A program made the position numbers and the translations under genes. Source: Thermoplasmata archaeon (GTDB lineage Archaea > Thermoplasmatota > Thermoplasmata > Lutacidiplasmatales > UBA184). From it: a stretch of DNA of 64,000 bases. The notes under the pieces were generated by a model. The model had not been told where the DNA came from and searched no databases. It worked only from the letters and a program-made list of their open reading frames with translations. Each line of letters starts with the position of its first letter. Positions within the stretch are counted from its first letter, which is position 1. This document shows positions 17,951-27,179 of the stretch, one piece after another. The stretch spans positions 27,990-91,989 of the forward strand of contig DAHUYN010000003.1 of the NCBI GenBank assembly GCA_027315165.1, given 5' to 3'.

Positions 17951-18658
17951 GTGTGGACCTCGACGGCCGAGGCGCCGATCCTGCTCGTCGGGGCCGCGCA
18001 TGTGGTCGACCTCGAGCCGGCGCTCCGCCGGCTCCTCCGCGACCGACCGCTCGACGGCGTCGCGGTCGAGCTCGACGACGAGCGCGCTCGTGCCCTCCTC
18101 GCACCGCCGGAGACGGCGCCCGGGCGTCGTGGCCGGGTCCCGGTCGTCCTCCGGCTCTGGGGCCACCTGCAACGGCGGCTCGGGGAGGAGATGGGCGGCG
18201 GCGTCGCGGGGGCCGAGATGGTCGTCGCGGCGCGCATCGCCCAAGAGCGGGGCGTGCCGCTCCTCCTCATCGACGACCCGATCCGGGAGACCCTGCCCAA
18301 GCTCCTCGGGTCGCTCTCGCTGCGCGAGCGGCTGAGCCTCGTCGTCGGCTCGATCGTGGGTCTGTTCGTTCCGGCCCGCCTCGTACAGCGGCAGCTCGAC
18401 CGCTACAACGAGGCGCCGGCTCCGTTCCTCGAGGAGGTCCGGTCGGCCTACCCCGGTCTCGCCCGCGTGCTGATCGACGACCGGAACGAGCACATGGCGC
18501 GAAGGCTCGGGGAGGCGCGCGGCCGCGGTGTCGGGCGGATCGCCGCGGTCGTTGGCGATGCCCACGTTCCCGGCCTCGTCGCAGCGCTCGCTCGACGGGG
18601 GATCCCGACGGAGGCGGTGCCGCTGCGCGAGCTGCTCGAGCGCGCTACAGCACCGTGA
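17951..18658 (+). CDS. TraB/GumN family protein
   Basis: LVGAAHV, VAVELDDER, GAEM, LIDDRNEHMA, AVVGDAHVPG. Confidence 0.88.
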   Translation: MWTSTAEAPILLVGAAHVVDLEPALRRLLRDRPLDGVAVELDDERARALLAPPETAPGRRGRVPVVLRLWGHLQRRLGEEMGGGVAGAEMVVAARIAQERGVPLLLIDDPIRETLPKLLGSLSLRERLSLVVGSIVGLFVPARLVQRQLDRYNEAPAPFLEEVRSAYPGLARVLIDDRNEHMARRLGEARGRGVGRIAAVVGDAHVPGLVAALARRGIPTEAVPLRELLERATAP

Positions 18659-19517
18659 GGCGGCTCTTCTTGACGGCGTCGAGGGAGGCCAGGATCGCCT
18701 CGGCGAGCCGTCCGGCCTCCTCGCCCTCGTAGCTCTCGAGGCGACCGGCGTCCCCGAGCACCGAGATCCTCGGGTCGATGGGAAGGCGGGCGAGCAGCGG
18801 GACGCCGTACGATTCGGCGACCTTCGCGACCCCGCTCGGCCCGAACGGCTCGATCCGCTCGTGGCAGTGCGGGCACTCGAGGTAGCCGAGGTTCTCGACG
18901 ACCCCGAGGAGGGGAACGTGGAGGTCCCGGGCCATGTTCATCGCCTTCTGGACGATCAGGGCCGAGAGCTCCTGGGGCGAGAAGACGAAGACCATCCCGT
19001 CGAGGGGGATCGTCTGGAAGACCGTGAGGGGCACGTCGCTCGTCCCGGGCGGCATGTCGAGGAGCAGGAAGTCAAGCGGTCCCCAGTTGACCCCCGCGTA
19101 GAACTGCAGGATGAGGCGAGTTACGAGGGGACCCCGCCAGATCACCGGGGTCTGGTCGTCCTCGACCATGAACTGCGAGGAGACGACCGAGATGCCGCCG
19201 GCGGTCGCCGCCGGCTCGATCCCCTCGCCCTTGTCGAGGAGCGGGCCGGAGAGCCCGAGGAGCTTCGGGATGGACGGGCCCGTCACGTCGGCGTCGAGCA
19301 GCCCCACCTTGAGCCCCCGGCGCGCGAGGGCGGCGGCGAGGAGGGCCGTGACCGACGACTTTCCGACGCCGCCCTTACCGGAGCCGACCGCGATGACGTG
19401 CTGGATCGCGCCCTTCTCCATGCGCGTGAGGCCGCCGCCCGGGCGCGGCGCGCGGGGCGCGCCGATAGGCGACGAGGTCGGGTGGCCCTCCGTCGTCGAG
19501 GGGGAGTCGGGCGACAC
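18645..19517 (-). CDS. Mrp/NBP35 Fe-S cluster carrier ATPase
   Basis: SGKGGVGKS, LDADVTGPS, PVIWRGP, DMPPGTSD, VENL, CPHC; start uncertain (19517 or 19421). Confidence 0.93.
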   Translation of the reverse strand: MSPDSPSTTEGHPTSSPIGAPRAPRPGGGLTRMEKGAIQHVIAVGSGKGGVGKSSVTALLAAALARRGLKVGLLDADVTGPSIPKLLGLSGPLLDKGEGIEPAATAGGISVVSSQFMVEDDQTPVIWRGPLVTRLILQFYAGVNWGPLDFLLLDMPPGTSDVPLTVFQTIPLDGMVFVFSPQELSALIVQKAMNMARDLHVPLLGVVENLGYLECPHCHERIEPFGPSGVAKVAESYGVPLLARLPIDPRISVLGDAGRLESYEGEEAGRLAEAILASLDAVKKSRLTVL

Positions 19518-19578
19518 GGCCCACGACGGGGCCCACGATATATAACGCGCCCTGTCGTGACCCTCACCGGAGGCGGCG

Positions 19579-21798
19579 ATGACGGCGGGAAGGTCCGCGG
19601 GGCTCGAGGAGGTCTTCGAACCGAGGTCGATCGCGGTGGTCGGGGCGTCGAACCGACCGGATACCGTCGGGCAGAGCCTTTTCCGCAACATCCTGCAGGC
19701 CGGCTACAAGGGCGTCGTCTACCCGGTGAACCCGGGCTGGAAGAGCGTCTCGGGGGTCCGCTGCTACGCGAAGGTCTCGGACCTGCCGGAGGTCCCGGAC
19801 CTCGGGTTCGTCATCGTGCCGGCGCCCGCGGTCGCCGGTGTCGCCGAGGAGCTCGGCAAGCTCGGCACGAAGGGGATCGTCGTCATCTCCTCGGGGTTCC
19901 GCGAGGTCGGCGGCGAGGGGATCGCTCGCGAGGAGGCGCTCGTCCGGGTCGCCTCGAAGTACCGCATGTCGGTCGTCGGCCCGAACTGCTTCGGCGTGAT
20001 CAACACGAGCAGCGAGATGAGCCTGAACGCGACGTTCTCCGAGAGCCTGCCGCCAAAGGGGAACATCGCCTTCGTCTCGCAGAGCGGGGCGCTCTGCGCG
20101 GGGATCCTGCGCTACGGGACCTCGGAGCGGATCGGGTTCTCCAGGTTCGTGAGCGTCGGCAATCGGGCCGGCGTCGACGAGAACGACATCCTCCGCTCCG
20201 TCGGGCGCGACCCGGCGACGAAGGTCGTCCTGCTCTACATCGAGAGCCTCGCCGACGGGCGGCGGTTCCTCGAGGTCGCCCGCGAGGTCACGGAGCAAAA
20301 GCCGGTCCTCGTGATCAAGAGCGGCCGCTCCGCGGCCGGCGAGCGCGCGGCGCAGAGCCACACGGGCTCGCTCGCGCACTCGGCCCAGGACCGCGTCTTC
20401 GACGCGCTGTTCGAGCAGGCGGGCGTGCTGCGGGCCGACACGATCGGCGACCTCTTCCGGATGGCGAAGATCTTCTCGACGGGCCTCAAGCTCGAGGGGC
20501 CCCGCCTCGCGATCCTCACGAACTCGGGGGGCCCGGGGATCGTCGCCGCCGACGCCTGCGCCCGGGGCGGGCTCGAGCTGCCGCTGCCGCCTCCGATCAT
20601 CGCCGAAGGTCTCCGCTCGATCCTCTCCCCCTCGGCGTCGATCGGCAACCCCGTCGACATGACCGCCGACGCGCGCCCCGAGGTCTACCGAGAGTCCCTC
20701 AAGCTCCTCCTCACGGCCCCCGATGTCAACGGGGCCCTCGTCATCGCGACCCCGACGGGGACGTTGAGCGGGATGGAGCTCGCCCGGGCGATCCTCGAGG
20801 CCCGCTCGTCGACCTCGAAGCCGGTCGCCGCCTGCCTGTTCGGCCTGAGCGACCTCACGCAAGAGGTGACGTTCCTCGAGGAGCACGGCGTGCCGACCTA
20901 CACGTTCCCCGAGGAGGCGATCCAGGGGCTCTCGGGCCTCGCCCGATACAACGCCTGGTGGACTCGGCCGCGGACCGAGGTCAAGACCTTCGAGGTCGAC
21001 CGGGCCGCGGCCCAGCGTGTGATCGCGCGCGCCCGCGCGGCCGGGGCGAGCGTGCTGCCCGAGTACGCGGCCCGCGCCCTCCTCGAGGCCTACGGGATCC
21101 GATTCCCCGCGGTCCGCCGGACCCGGACCGTCGCCGAGGCCGTCGCCGCCGCGAACGAGATCGGCTACCCCGTCGTCCTCAAGATCGCGTCGCCCGACAT
21201 CTCCCACAAGACCGACGTCGGGGGCGTCGAGCTCGGCATCGAGACCCCCGCCCAGCTCCGCGCCGCGTTCGCCCGGATCGAGCGCTCCGTCGCCGCGAAG
21301 GCGCCGAAGGCCCGGATCGAGGGGCTCGAGGTCGAGCAGCAGGTGCTCGGCGGCAAGGAGGTCTTGGTCGGCGCCCAGCGGGACCCGGCGTTCGGCCCGA
21401 TGATCGTCTTCGGAATGGGCGGCATCTACGTCGAGGTCCTCAAGGACGTGACGTTCCGGCTCGCCCCCCTCCGGCCGCTCTCGGCCGAGCACATGGTCCG
21501 CTCGGTGCGAGCGTTCCCGCTCCTCACGGGCGTTCGGGGCGAGGCGCCGAGCGACCTCCCCGCGCTGTACGAGGCACTCCTTCGGATCTCTCAGCTCGTC
21601 GTCGAGCAGCCGGAGATCACCGAGCTCGACGTGAACCCGCTGCTCGTCCGCGGGGCCGGCCAGTCGGTCGTCGCCGTCGACGCGCGCGTCGTGCTCGATC
21701 CGTCTTCCAGATCGGCACCTCCCGCTTCAGCTCCTCGATCAGCCCTGCGCAGGCCCGCAGGGCCGCGGCGCGGTGCGGCGCGGCCGCGCCGACGATGA
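19579..21798 (+). CDS. ADP-forming acetyl-CoA synthetase, fused alpha/beta
   Basis: PRSIAVVGAS, VGPNCFG, SQSG, SHTGSL, TNSGG, GNPVD, HKTDVGGV, ELDVNP. Confidence 0.93.
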   Translation: MTAGRSAGLEEVFEPRSIAVVGASNRPDTVGQSLFRNILQAGYKGVVYPVNPGWKSVSGVRCYAKVSDLPEVPDLGFVIVPAPAVAGVAEELGKLGTKGIVVISSGFREVGGEGIAREEALVRVASKYRMSVVGPNCFGVINTSSEMSLNATFSESLPPKGNIAFVSQSGALCAGILRYGTSERIGFSRFVSVGNRAGVDENDILRSVGRDPATKVVLLYIESLADGRRFLEVAREVTEQKPVLVIKSGRSAAGERAAQSHTGSLAHSAQDRVFDALFEQAGVLRADTIGDLFRMAKIFSTGLKLEGPRLAILTNSGGPGIVAADACARGGLELPLPPPIIAEGLRSILSPSASIGNPVDMTADARPEVYRESLKLLLTAPDVNGALVIATPTGTLSGMELARAILEARSSTSKPVAACLFGLSDLTQEVTFLEEHGVPTYTFPEEAIQGLSGLARYNAWWTRPRTEVKTFEVDRAAAQRVIARARAAGASVLPEYAARALLEAYGIRFPAVRRTRTVAEAVAAANEIGYPVVLKIASPDISHKTDVGGVELGIETPAQLRAAFARIERSVAAKAPKARIEGLEVEQQVLGGKEVLVGAQRDPAFGPMIVFGMGGIYVEVLKDVTFRLAPLRPLSAEHMVRSVRAFPLLTGVRGEAPSDLPALYEALLRISQLVVEQPEITELDVNPLLVRGAGQSVVAVDARVVLDPSSRSAPPASAPRSALRRPAGPRRGAARPRRR

Positions 21799-22072
21799 CG
21801 GCGGCCGTTCCGACGGGCAGCACGCCGAGCCGGTGCCAGGCGACGGCGCCCGTGAGACGGTAGCGACGCACGACGCGCCGCTCGAGCGCTTCGAGGGCCG
21901 CGAGGGCCATCGGAACGTGCGCGTCGTACTCGAGCGCGACGACCCGGCCGCGACGGGTGCGGTCCGGTCGGACGGTGCCGACGAAGACGGCGACCCCGCC
22001 GCTCTCGGGCCGTTGTAGCTCTTCGTAGGCGCGGGCGATCGAGAGGGGCCGGCGAACGAGGGCGACGCTCAC
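21617..22072 (-). CDS. moaE: Molybdopterin synthase catalytic subunit
   Basis: GGVAVFVGTVR, LEYDAH, HRLGVL, APHR, LKREVPIWK. Confidence 0.92.
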   Translation of the reverse strand: MSVALVRRPLSIARAYEELQRPESGGVAVFVGTVRPDRTRRGRVVALEYDAHVPMALAALEALERRVVRRYRLTGAVAWHRLGVLPVGTAAVIVGAAAPHRAAALRACAGLIEELKREVPIWKTDRARRARRRRRPTGRPRGRAAGSRRAR

Positions 22073-22073
22073 G

Positions 22074-22331
22074 CTAGCCCCCGCTGTAGGGTGGGTGGAC
22101 GGCGATCTCGTCACCCGGGGCGAGGCGGAGGCGCCGGTCGGAGGCGTAGCGGCCGTTGACCGCGAGGCGGCTCGCCTGGAGGACCGGTCGGAGGGCCAAA
22201 AACTCCTCGGCGACGGCGTCGACGAGTTCGCCGAGGGTCGCGCCCTCGGCCGCGAGCGGCCGGTCGAGGGCGGCCCGGCCGACAGCCTCTCGAGCCGGGC
22301 CGAAGAGGAGGAGGCGCACCGACCCGGGCAC
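22074..22331 (-). CDS. moaD: MoaD/ThiS (SAMP-like) sulfur carrier
   Basis: Ubiquitin-like; GDEIAVHPPYSGG C-terminal diglycine; next to moaE. Confidence 0.92.
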   Translation of the reverse strand: MPGSVRLLLFGPAREAVGRAALDRPLAAEGATLGELVDAVAEEFLALRPVLQASRLAVNGRYASDRRLRLAPGDEIAVHPPYSGG

Positions 22332-22443
22332 GCCTCGAAGAGGGGGGCCGCGCCTATGGCGGTTGTGGCCCCCTCCGACACCCGGCCGTCGCGTGTCGCC
22401 GGTCGGTGAAACGCATTAATACGCTCCTCCCCTCGAAACGTCG

Positions 22444-24198
22444 ATGCAGGAGCTCTCGATCCGGGCCGGAGGGGCCGCGGGCGACGGGATCGCCTCCGTC
22501 GGCGAGGCGTTCTCGAGATCGCTCTCCCGGATGGGGCTGAACCTCTTCGGACTCAACGCCTACCAGTCGGTCATCCGCGGCGGTCACGTCTGGTTCCAGG
22601 CGCGGGCGAGCGACGCGCCGGTGCACTCGCAGGGCGACCGCGTCGACCTCCTCTACGCGCTCGACCGCCAGACCGTCGAGGTCCACGCGCCGCTTCTGGC
22701 GCCGGGAGGGATCGTCGTCTTCGACCCCGAGAAGTTCTCCGTCGCCGAGGGCGACCTGCCCAAGGGCGTCGACGCGTTCCCCGTCCCGACGCTCCAGCTC
22801 GCGCGGAAGTACACGACCCAGCCGATCCTGCAGAACGCGGCCGGCATCGGCGCGACGGCGTTCCTCGCCGGGATCCCGCTCGAGACCGTCCAGAAGGTCC
22901 TCGCCGACTCCTTCGGCAAGAAGAAGGGCGAGATCGCCGACTGGAACCTCGGCGCCTCCGGTGACGGCTACCGGTACGCCGAGCAGCACCACGCCCCGAG
23001 CCCGCACGCGGTGCGCCCGTCGGGCCCCGCCAAGCTCCTCCTCACGGGCAACGAGGCGATCGCCCTCGGGGCCGCCGCCGCGGGAGTGAAGTTCCTCGCC
23101 CAGTACCCGATGACCCCGGCCTCCTCGGTGATGCACTGGATGGCGGCTCACTCCCACGACCTCGGGATCGTCGTCAAGCAGGCCGAGGACGAGCTCGCGG
23201 CGATCAACATGGCGATCGGCGCCTCCTACGCCGGCGTCCGGTCGATGACCGCGACGAGCGGGGGCGGCTTCGCCCTGATGGTCGAGGCGCTCGGCATGGC
23301 GGGCATGACCGAGACGCCCCTCGTCGTCGTCGAGGCCCAGCGCGCCGGCCCTTCGACGGGCCTGCCGACCAAGACGGAGCAGGGGGACCTCAACCTCATG
23401 CTCGGCGCAGGTCAGGGAGAATTCCCCCGAGCCATCCTGGCGCCGAGCAACGCCCTTGAGGCCTACCGCGCGGCCGTCGAGGCCGTTCGCCTCGCGGAGG
23501 CCTGGCAGACGCCGATCCTCCTCGCGAGCGACCTCCACCTCTCCGAGAACTACATGACGATCGACCGGTCCGAGGTCTCGTTCGACGTCCCCATCCCCTC
23601 GCTGTACCAGGTCGAGGCGAACGGGAACGACTACAAGCGCTACCTGTACACGCCGTCGGGCGTCTCCCCGAGGGCGCTCCCCGGTCAGCCGGGGCTCCAG
23701 TTCATCGCGGGCTCCGACGAGCACGACGAGAAGGGGCACCTCATCTCCGACGTGCGGTCGGGTCTCCCCCATTGGGTCGCCGAGCGCACGAAGATGATGG
23801 ACAAGCGGATGCACAAGCTCGACGGGCTACGGCACGATGCCCCGCCGGTCCTCGTCGAAGGCGCGGCGAACCCGAGCCTCACGCTCTTGGCCTGGGGGTC
23901 GACGGTCGGCGCCGTCCGCGACGCGATGGTGCAGCTTACGGCCGCCGGCATCCCGACGCGCCTCGTCTACCCGAGGACGGTCTATCCGCTCGACACGGCC
24001 ACGCTCGTGCCGCTCCTCACGGGTCCCGAGCCGAAGCTCCTCGTCGAGGCGAACTTCTCCGGCCAATTGGGCCGGCTCCTTCGGTCGGAGACGAGCATCG
24101 ACCTGCCCGACAAGCTCCTCAAGTACGACGGCGAGCCGTTCTATCCGACGGAGATCGTCGCCAAGGTCCGGGAGGTCCTCAACCGTGTCAGAAAGTAG
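22444..24198 (+). CDS. 2-oxoacid:ferredoxin oxidoreductase alpha subunit
   Basis: GGAAGDG, TGNEAIA, YPMTP, QAEDELAA, TSGGGF, GPSTGLPT. Confidence 0.96.
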   Translation: MQELSIRAGGAAGDGIASVGEAFSRSLSRMGLNLFGLNAYQSVIRGGHVWFQARASDAPVHSQGDRVDLLYALDRQTVEVHAPLLAPGGIVVFDPEKFSVAEGDLPKGVDAFPVPTLQLARKYTTQPILQNAAGIGATAFLAGIPLETVQKVLADSFGKKKGEIADWNLGASGDGYRYAEQHHAPSPHAVRPSGPAKLLLTGNEAIALGAAAAGVKFLAQYPMTPASSVMHWMAAHSHDLGIVVKQAEDELAAINMAIGASYAGVRSMTATSGGGFALMVEALGMAGMTETPLVVVEAQRAGPSTGLPTKTEQGDLNLMLGAGQGEFPRAILAPSNALEAYRAAVEAVRLAEAWQTPILLASDLHLSENYMTIDRSEVSFDVPIPSLYQVEANGNDYKRYLYTPSGVSPRALPGQPGLQFIAGSDEHDEKGHLISDVRSGLPHWVAERTKMMDKRMHKLDGLRHDAPPVLVEGAANPSLTLLAWGSTVGAVRDAMVQLTAAGIPTRLVYPRTVYPLDTATLVPLLTGPEPKLLVEANFSGQLGRLLRSETSIDLPDKLLKYDGEPFYPTEIVAKVREVLNRVRK

Positions 24199-25081
24199 CG
24201 TGCAGGCCGCGGCCCCCGTCGGAACCCCCCTTCCCCTGATCGGGAAGTCGGACACGAAGCCCACTTGGTGCCCGGGGTGCGGGGACTACGGCGTCATCGC
24301 CGCGATCGAGATGGCGGTCAAGCGGCTCAAGCTGCCGTCCCACACGGTCGTGCTCGTCTCGGGGATCGGTTGCTCGAGCAACCTGCCGCACTTCCTCTCG
24401 AGCTACGGCTTCCACGCGATCCACGGGCGCGCCCTGCCGGTCGCGGAGGGGATCCGATGGGGGAACCACGGGCTCACCGTCATCGCGACGGGCGGCGACG
24501 GGGACGGCTACGGGATCGGCGCGGGGCATCTCGTCCACGCGATGCGCCGCAACGTCGACCTCACCTACGTCACGATGAACAACCAGATCTACGGGCTCAC
24601 GACGGGCCAGGCGTCGCCGACCTCGATGCTCGGCCAGAAGACGAAATCGACGCCGACGGGCGTCATCGAGAACCCGATCGACCCGGTCTCGCTCGCCCTG
24701 GCGAGCGGAGCCACCTACATCGCCCGGGGCTTCTCGGGGGATGTGAAGCAGCTCGCGGACCTCGTCGCGGGCGCGATCACGCACAAGGGCTTCGCCTTCG
24801 TCGACACGATGTCGCCGTGCGTCACGTACAACAAGATCAACACGTTCGACTTCTTCCGCCAGCGCGTCTACAAGCTCGAGGCGGCGGGGCACGACCCGAC
24901 GAACCTCGTCACGGCGTGGGAGCGCTCCCTGGAGTGGGGCGAGAAGATCCCGACCGGGCTGTTCTACCGCGCCGAGCGGCCGACCTACGAGGAGCTCGAG
25001 GAGGTCCTCTCGGCCGGGCCCCTCGTCGGCCAGCCCGCCGGGCTCAAGGGGCGCGAGTCGCTCCTGGACGAGTTCCTCTAG
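24185..25081 (+). CDS. 2-oxoacid:ferredoxin oxidoreductase beta subunit
   Basis: WCPGCGD, SGIGCS, HGRALP, GGDGD, NNQIYGLTTGQ, SPCVTYN. Confidence 0.96.
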   Translation: MSESSVQAAAPVGTPLPLIGKSDTKPTWCPGCGDYGVIAAIEMAVKRLKLPSHTVVLVSGIGCSSNLPHFLSSYGFHAIHGRALPVAEGIRWGNHGLTVIATGGDGDGYGIGAGHLVHAMRRNVDLTYVTMNNQIYGLTTGQASPTSMLGQKTKSTPTGVIENPIDPVSLALASGATYIARGFSGDVKQLADLVAGAITHKGFAFVDTMSPCVTYNKINTFDFFRQRVYKLEAAGHDPTNLVTAWERSLEWGEKIPTGLFYRAERPTYEELEEVLSAGPLVGQPAGLKGRESLLDEFL

Positions 25082-25099
25082 GGCCGCGGCGGCCGGGCG

Positions 25100-27088
25100 C
25101 TACGGCGGCACCGCGAACAGCCAGGCGTCCCCCTCGGCGAAGAGGACCGGCCAGCCGGCCCGCTCGAGCGGCGGCGCGAGGAACGGCTCGAACAACACCG
25201 AGTTCGCCTGCGTCACGGCGACGTACTCGGCCCCGAGGGCGTGGAGCGCCTTGAGGCCGGTGGCGTTGAGAGCGCCCTGGATGAGCTGGTCGACGACGAG
25301 CTGGTAGTCGGTCGCGGTCGCCGGACCGGCCGCACCGTTCATCGGCTCGAGGACGCGGAGCGTCGGCGCATAGCCCGGGAGGAACTCGGCGGCGCTCCCC
25401 GGCGCGACGAGGACCGCGGCGCCGCTCGGGAGGTGGTCCGCGCACCAGGCCAGAAGCGCCTCGTCCGAGCTCGTGACGTTGCCGAACGACACGTAGGAGG
25501 CATGCAGCTGGCCCGGCAACAGGGCGCCGGTGACCGCGGCTCCTGGCAGCAGGAGGAGCGCGGCCACGACGCCCGCGACGACCGCGCTCCGTCGAGGAAG
25601 GGAGGTGTGACGCGCCGGCGCCGCTCCGCCAACGGTCGGGGCCGTCGCGGCGCCCCCCCTCGAGAGCGCCGCGAGCCAGAGCAGCGGCGTCGCCGCGAGG
25701 ATCGCGTAGAGCTCGAAGAGCAGGAGGCTCTCCTCGCCGGGGCTGGTCAGCGACTCGAGCGTCGGGAATCCCGGCACGCCCCCTCGCGCGAGCAGCCCGA
25801 GGGCCAGGAGCGCCGCGAGCGCGAGACCTCCGACGAGGAGCAGGCGCGCGAGCCCGTCGCCGACCCTCGCGCGCACCTCGGGATGCAGCAGGAGGAACGC
25901 TCCGACGACCAGGAGCGCCGAGAGCTCGACCTGAAGCACGGGGAAGGGGGAGAGCAGCGGATGTCCCGGCCCGTAGAGGAACGGGTCGACGAGGCCGACG
26001 AGGTCGTTCGGGCCGATCCCTCCCGAGGCGAGCGCCGCCGGTGCGGCCGTGTGCTCTTGAGCGAGCGCGTAGAGGCTCGGCGTCACCCAGGGGAGCGCCG
26101 CGGCCAGGGCCGTGCCGTAGGCCCTGAGCCGGGAGGCCATAGAGCGCTTCGAGGAGACCCCGAGCGCGAGGAACGCCGCGGCGACGACGAACAGCCACTC
26201 GGGGCCGACCGGGTTCAGGGCCGCCGCGTAGCCCGCGAGAGCGCCGAAGGCGAGCGCATCTCCGAGGGCCGGCCCGCGCTCGCCGCCCCACGCGGGGCAC
26301 CAGCTCGCGAGGATCAGGACGAGCGGCGCGGCGAGGGCGAAGTCGTTCGACCCGAACGCCATCTCGCGCGTCCACGGCGCGGCGAGCGCGGTGAAGAGGG
26401 CGAGGACCGCGGCGGAGACGCGCGAGCCGGTGAGCCGGAGCCCGAAGGCGTAGGCGGCGAGCGGGAAGGCGGCGAGGAAGAGCGGCGTGACGAGGAGCGC
26501 CGTTGCCACCGGGGGCGTCGCGAGGATGGCGTCGACGGTCCCCAGCCAGACGGTGGTCCCCTGCGGATAGGCGATCCAGCCGGTGGCGACCGGTGCGAAG
26601 GTGAGCGGGAGGCTGTGGTGAAGCCCGAGGAGCCCGGTGTAGGTCGCGAGCACGCTCGAGTCGAACGTGTTGCCGCTCCCGACGCCGACGACCGCGGCCA
26701 TCTCGACGAGGAAGAGGACGAGCGCGCTCCCGAGCGCGACGAGCTCGGGCCCCCGACGCCGCAGGTGCGCCACGAGGGGCCGCGGCCCTCGGGGGAGTCG
26801 ATGCGAGCGCCGGGCGAGTCCGACGCCGAGGGCGAGGACCCCGAGGGCGAGGAGGGCCGCGACGGCGAGCGGCGAGAACAGCCCGAACGGCAGCGCGGCG
26901 AGGGCGTAGAGCAACGCCCCCCCGAGGTAGAGGTCGAGGACGACCCGCTCGATCGCCCCCAGGGTCCGGAGGATGGGGGCGACGCGCGACGAGATCGAGC
27001 GCACGACCTCGCCAAGCGCCACGACCGCGGCGAAAAGGGCGAGCAGCTCGATCGCCAAGAGGGCGACGGTCGGTCCCTCGAGCGCCAC
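25100..27088 (-). CDS. Polytopic membrane protein, possibly a GT-C-type glycosyltransferase
   Basis: 662 aa, more than 10 TM segments, AYPQG loop, soluble C-terminal domain; divergent from a flippase. Function is inferred. Confidence 0.6.
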   Translation of the reverse strand: MALEGPTVALLAIELLALFAAVVALGEVVRSISSRVAPILRTLGAIERVVLDLYLGGALLYALAALPFGLFSPLAVAALLALGVLALGVGLARRSHRLPRGPRPLVAHLRRRGPELVALGSALVLFLVEMAAVVGVGSGNTFDSSVLATYTGLLGLHHSLPLTFAPVATGWIAYPQGTTVWLGTVDAILATPPVATALLVTPLFLAAFPLAAYAFGLRLTGSRVSAAVLALFTALAAPWTREMAFGSNDFALAAPLVLILASWCPAWGGERGPALGDALAFGALAGYAAALNPVGPEWLFVVAAAFLALGVSSKRSMASRLRAYGTALAAALPWVTPSLYALAQEHTAAPAALASGGIGPNDLVGLVDPFLYGPGHPLLSPFPVLQVELSALLVVGAFLLLHPEVRARVGDGLARLLLVGGLALAALLALGLLARGGVPGFPTLESLTSPGEESLLLFELYAILAATPLLWLAALSRGGAATAPTVGGAAPARHTSLPRRSAVVAGVVAALLLLPGAAVTGALLPGQLHASYVSFGNVTSSDEALLAWCADHLPSGAAVLVAPGSAAEFLPGYAPTLRVLEPMNGAAGPATATDYQLVVDQLIQGALNATGLKALHALGAEYVAVTQANSVLFEPFLAPPLERAGWPVLFAEGDAWLFAVPP

Positions 27089-27179
27089 CGCCCGGGAAGG
27101 GCTCGCCGAGGGTATAGCGGCTCGTGCCCGACCGCCGGCAGGCTTTTACCCTCGGGCCCGAGAGACCGGGTGGGCGAAC

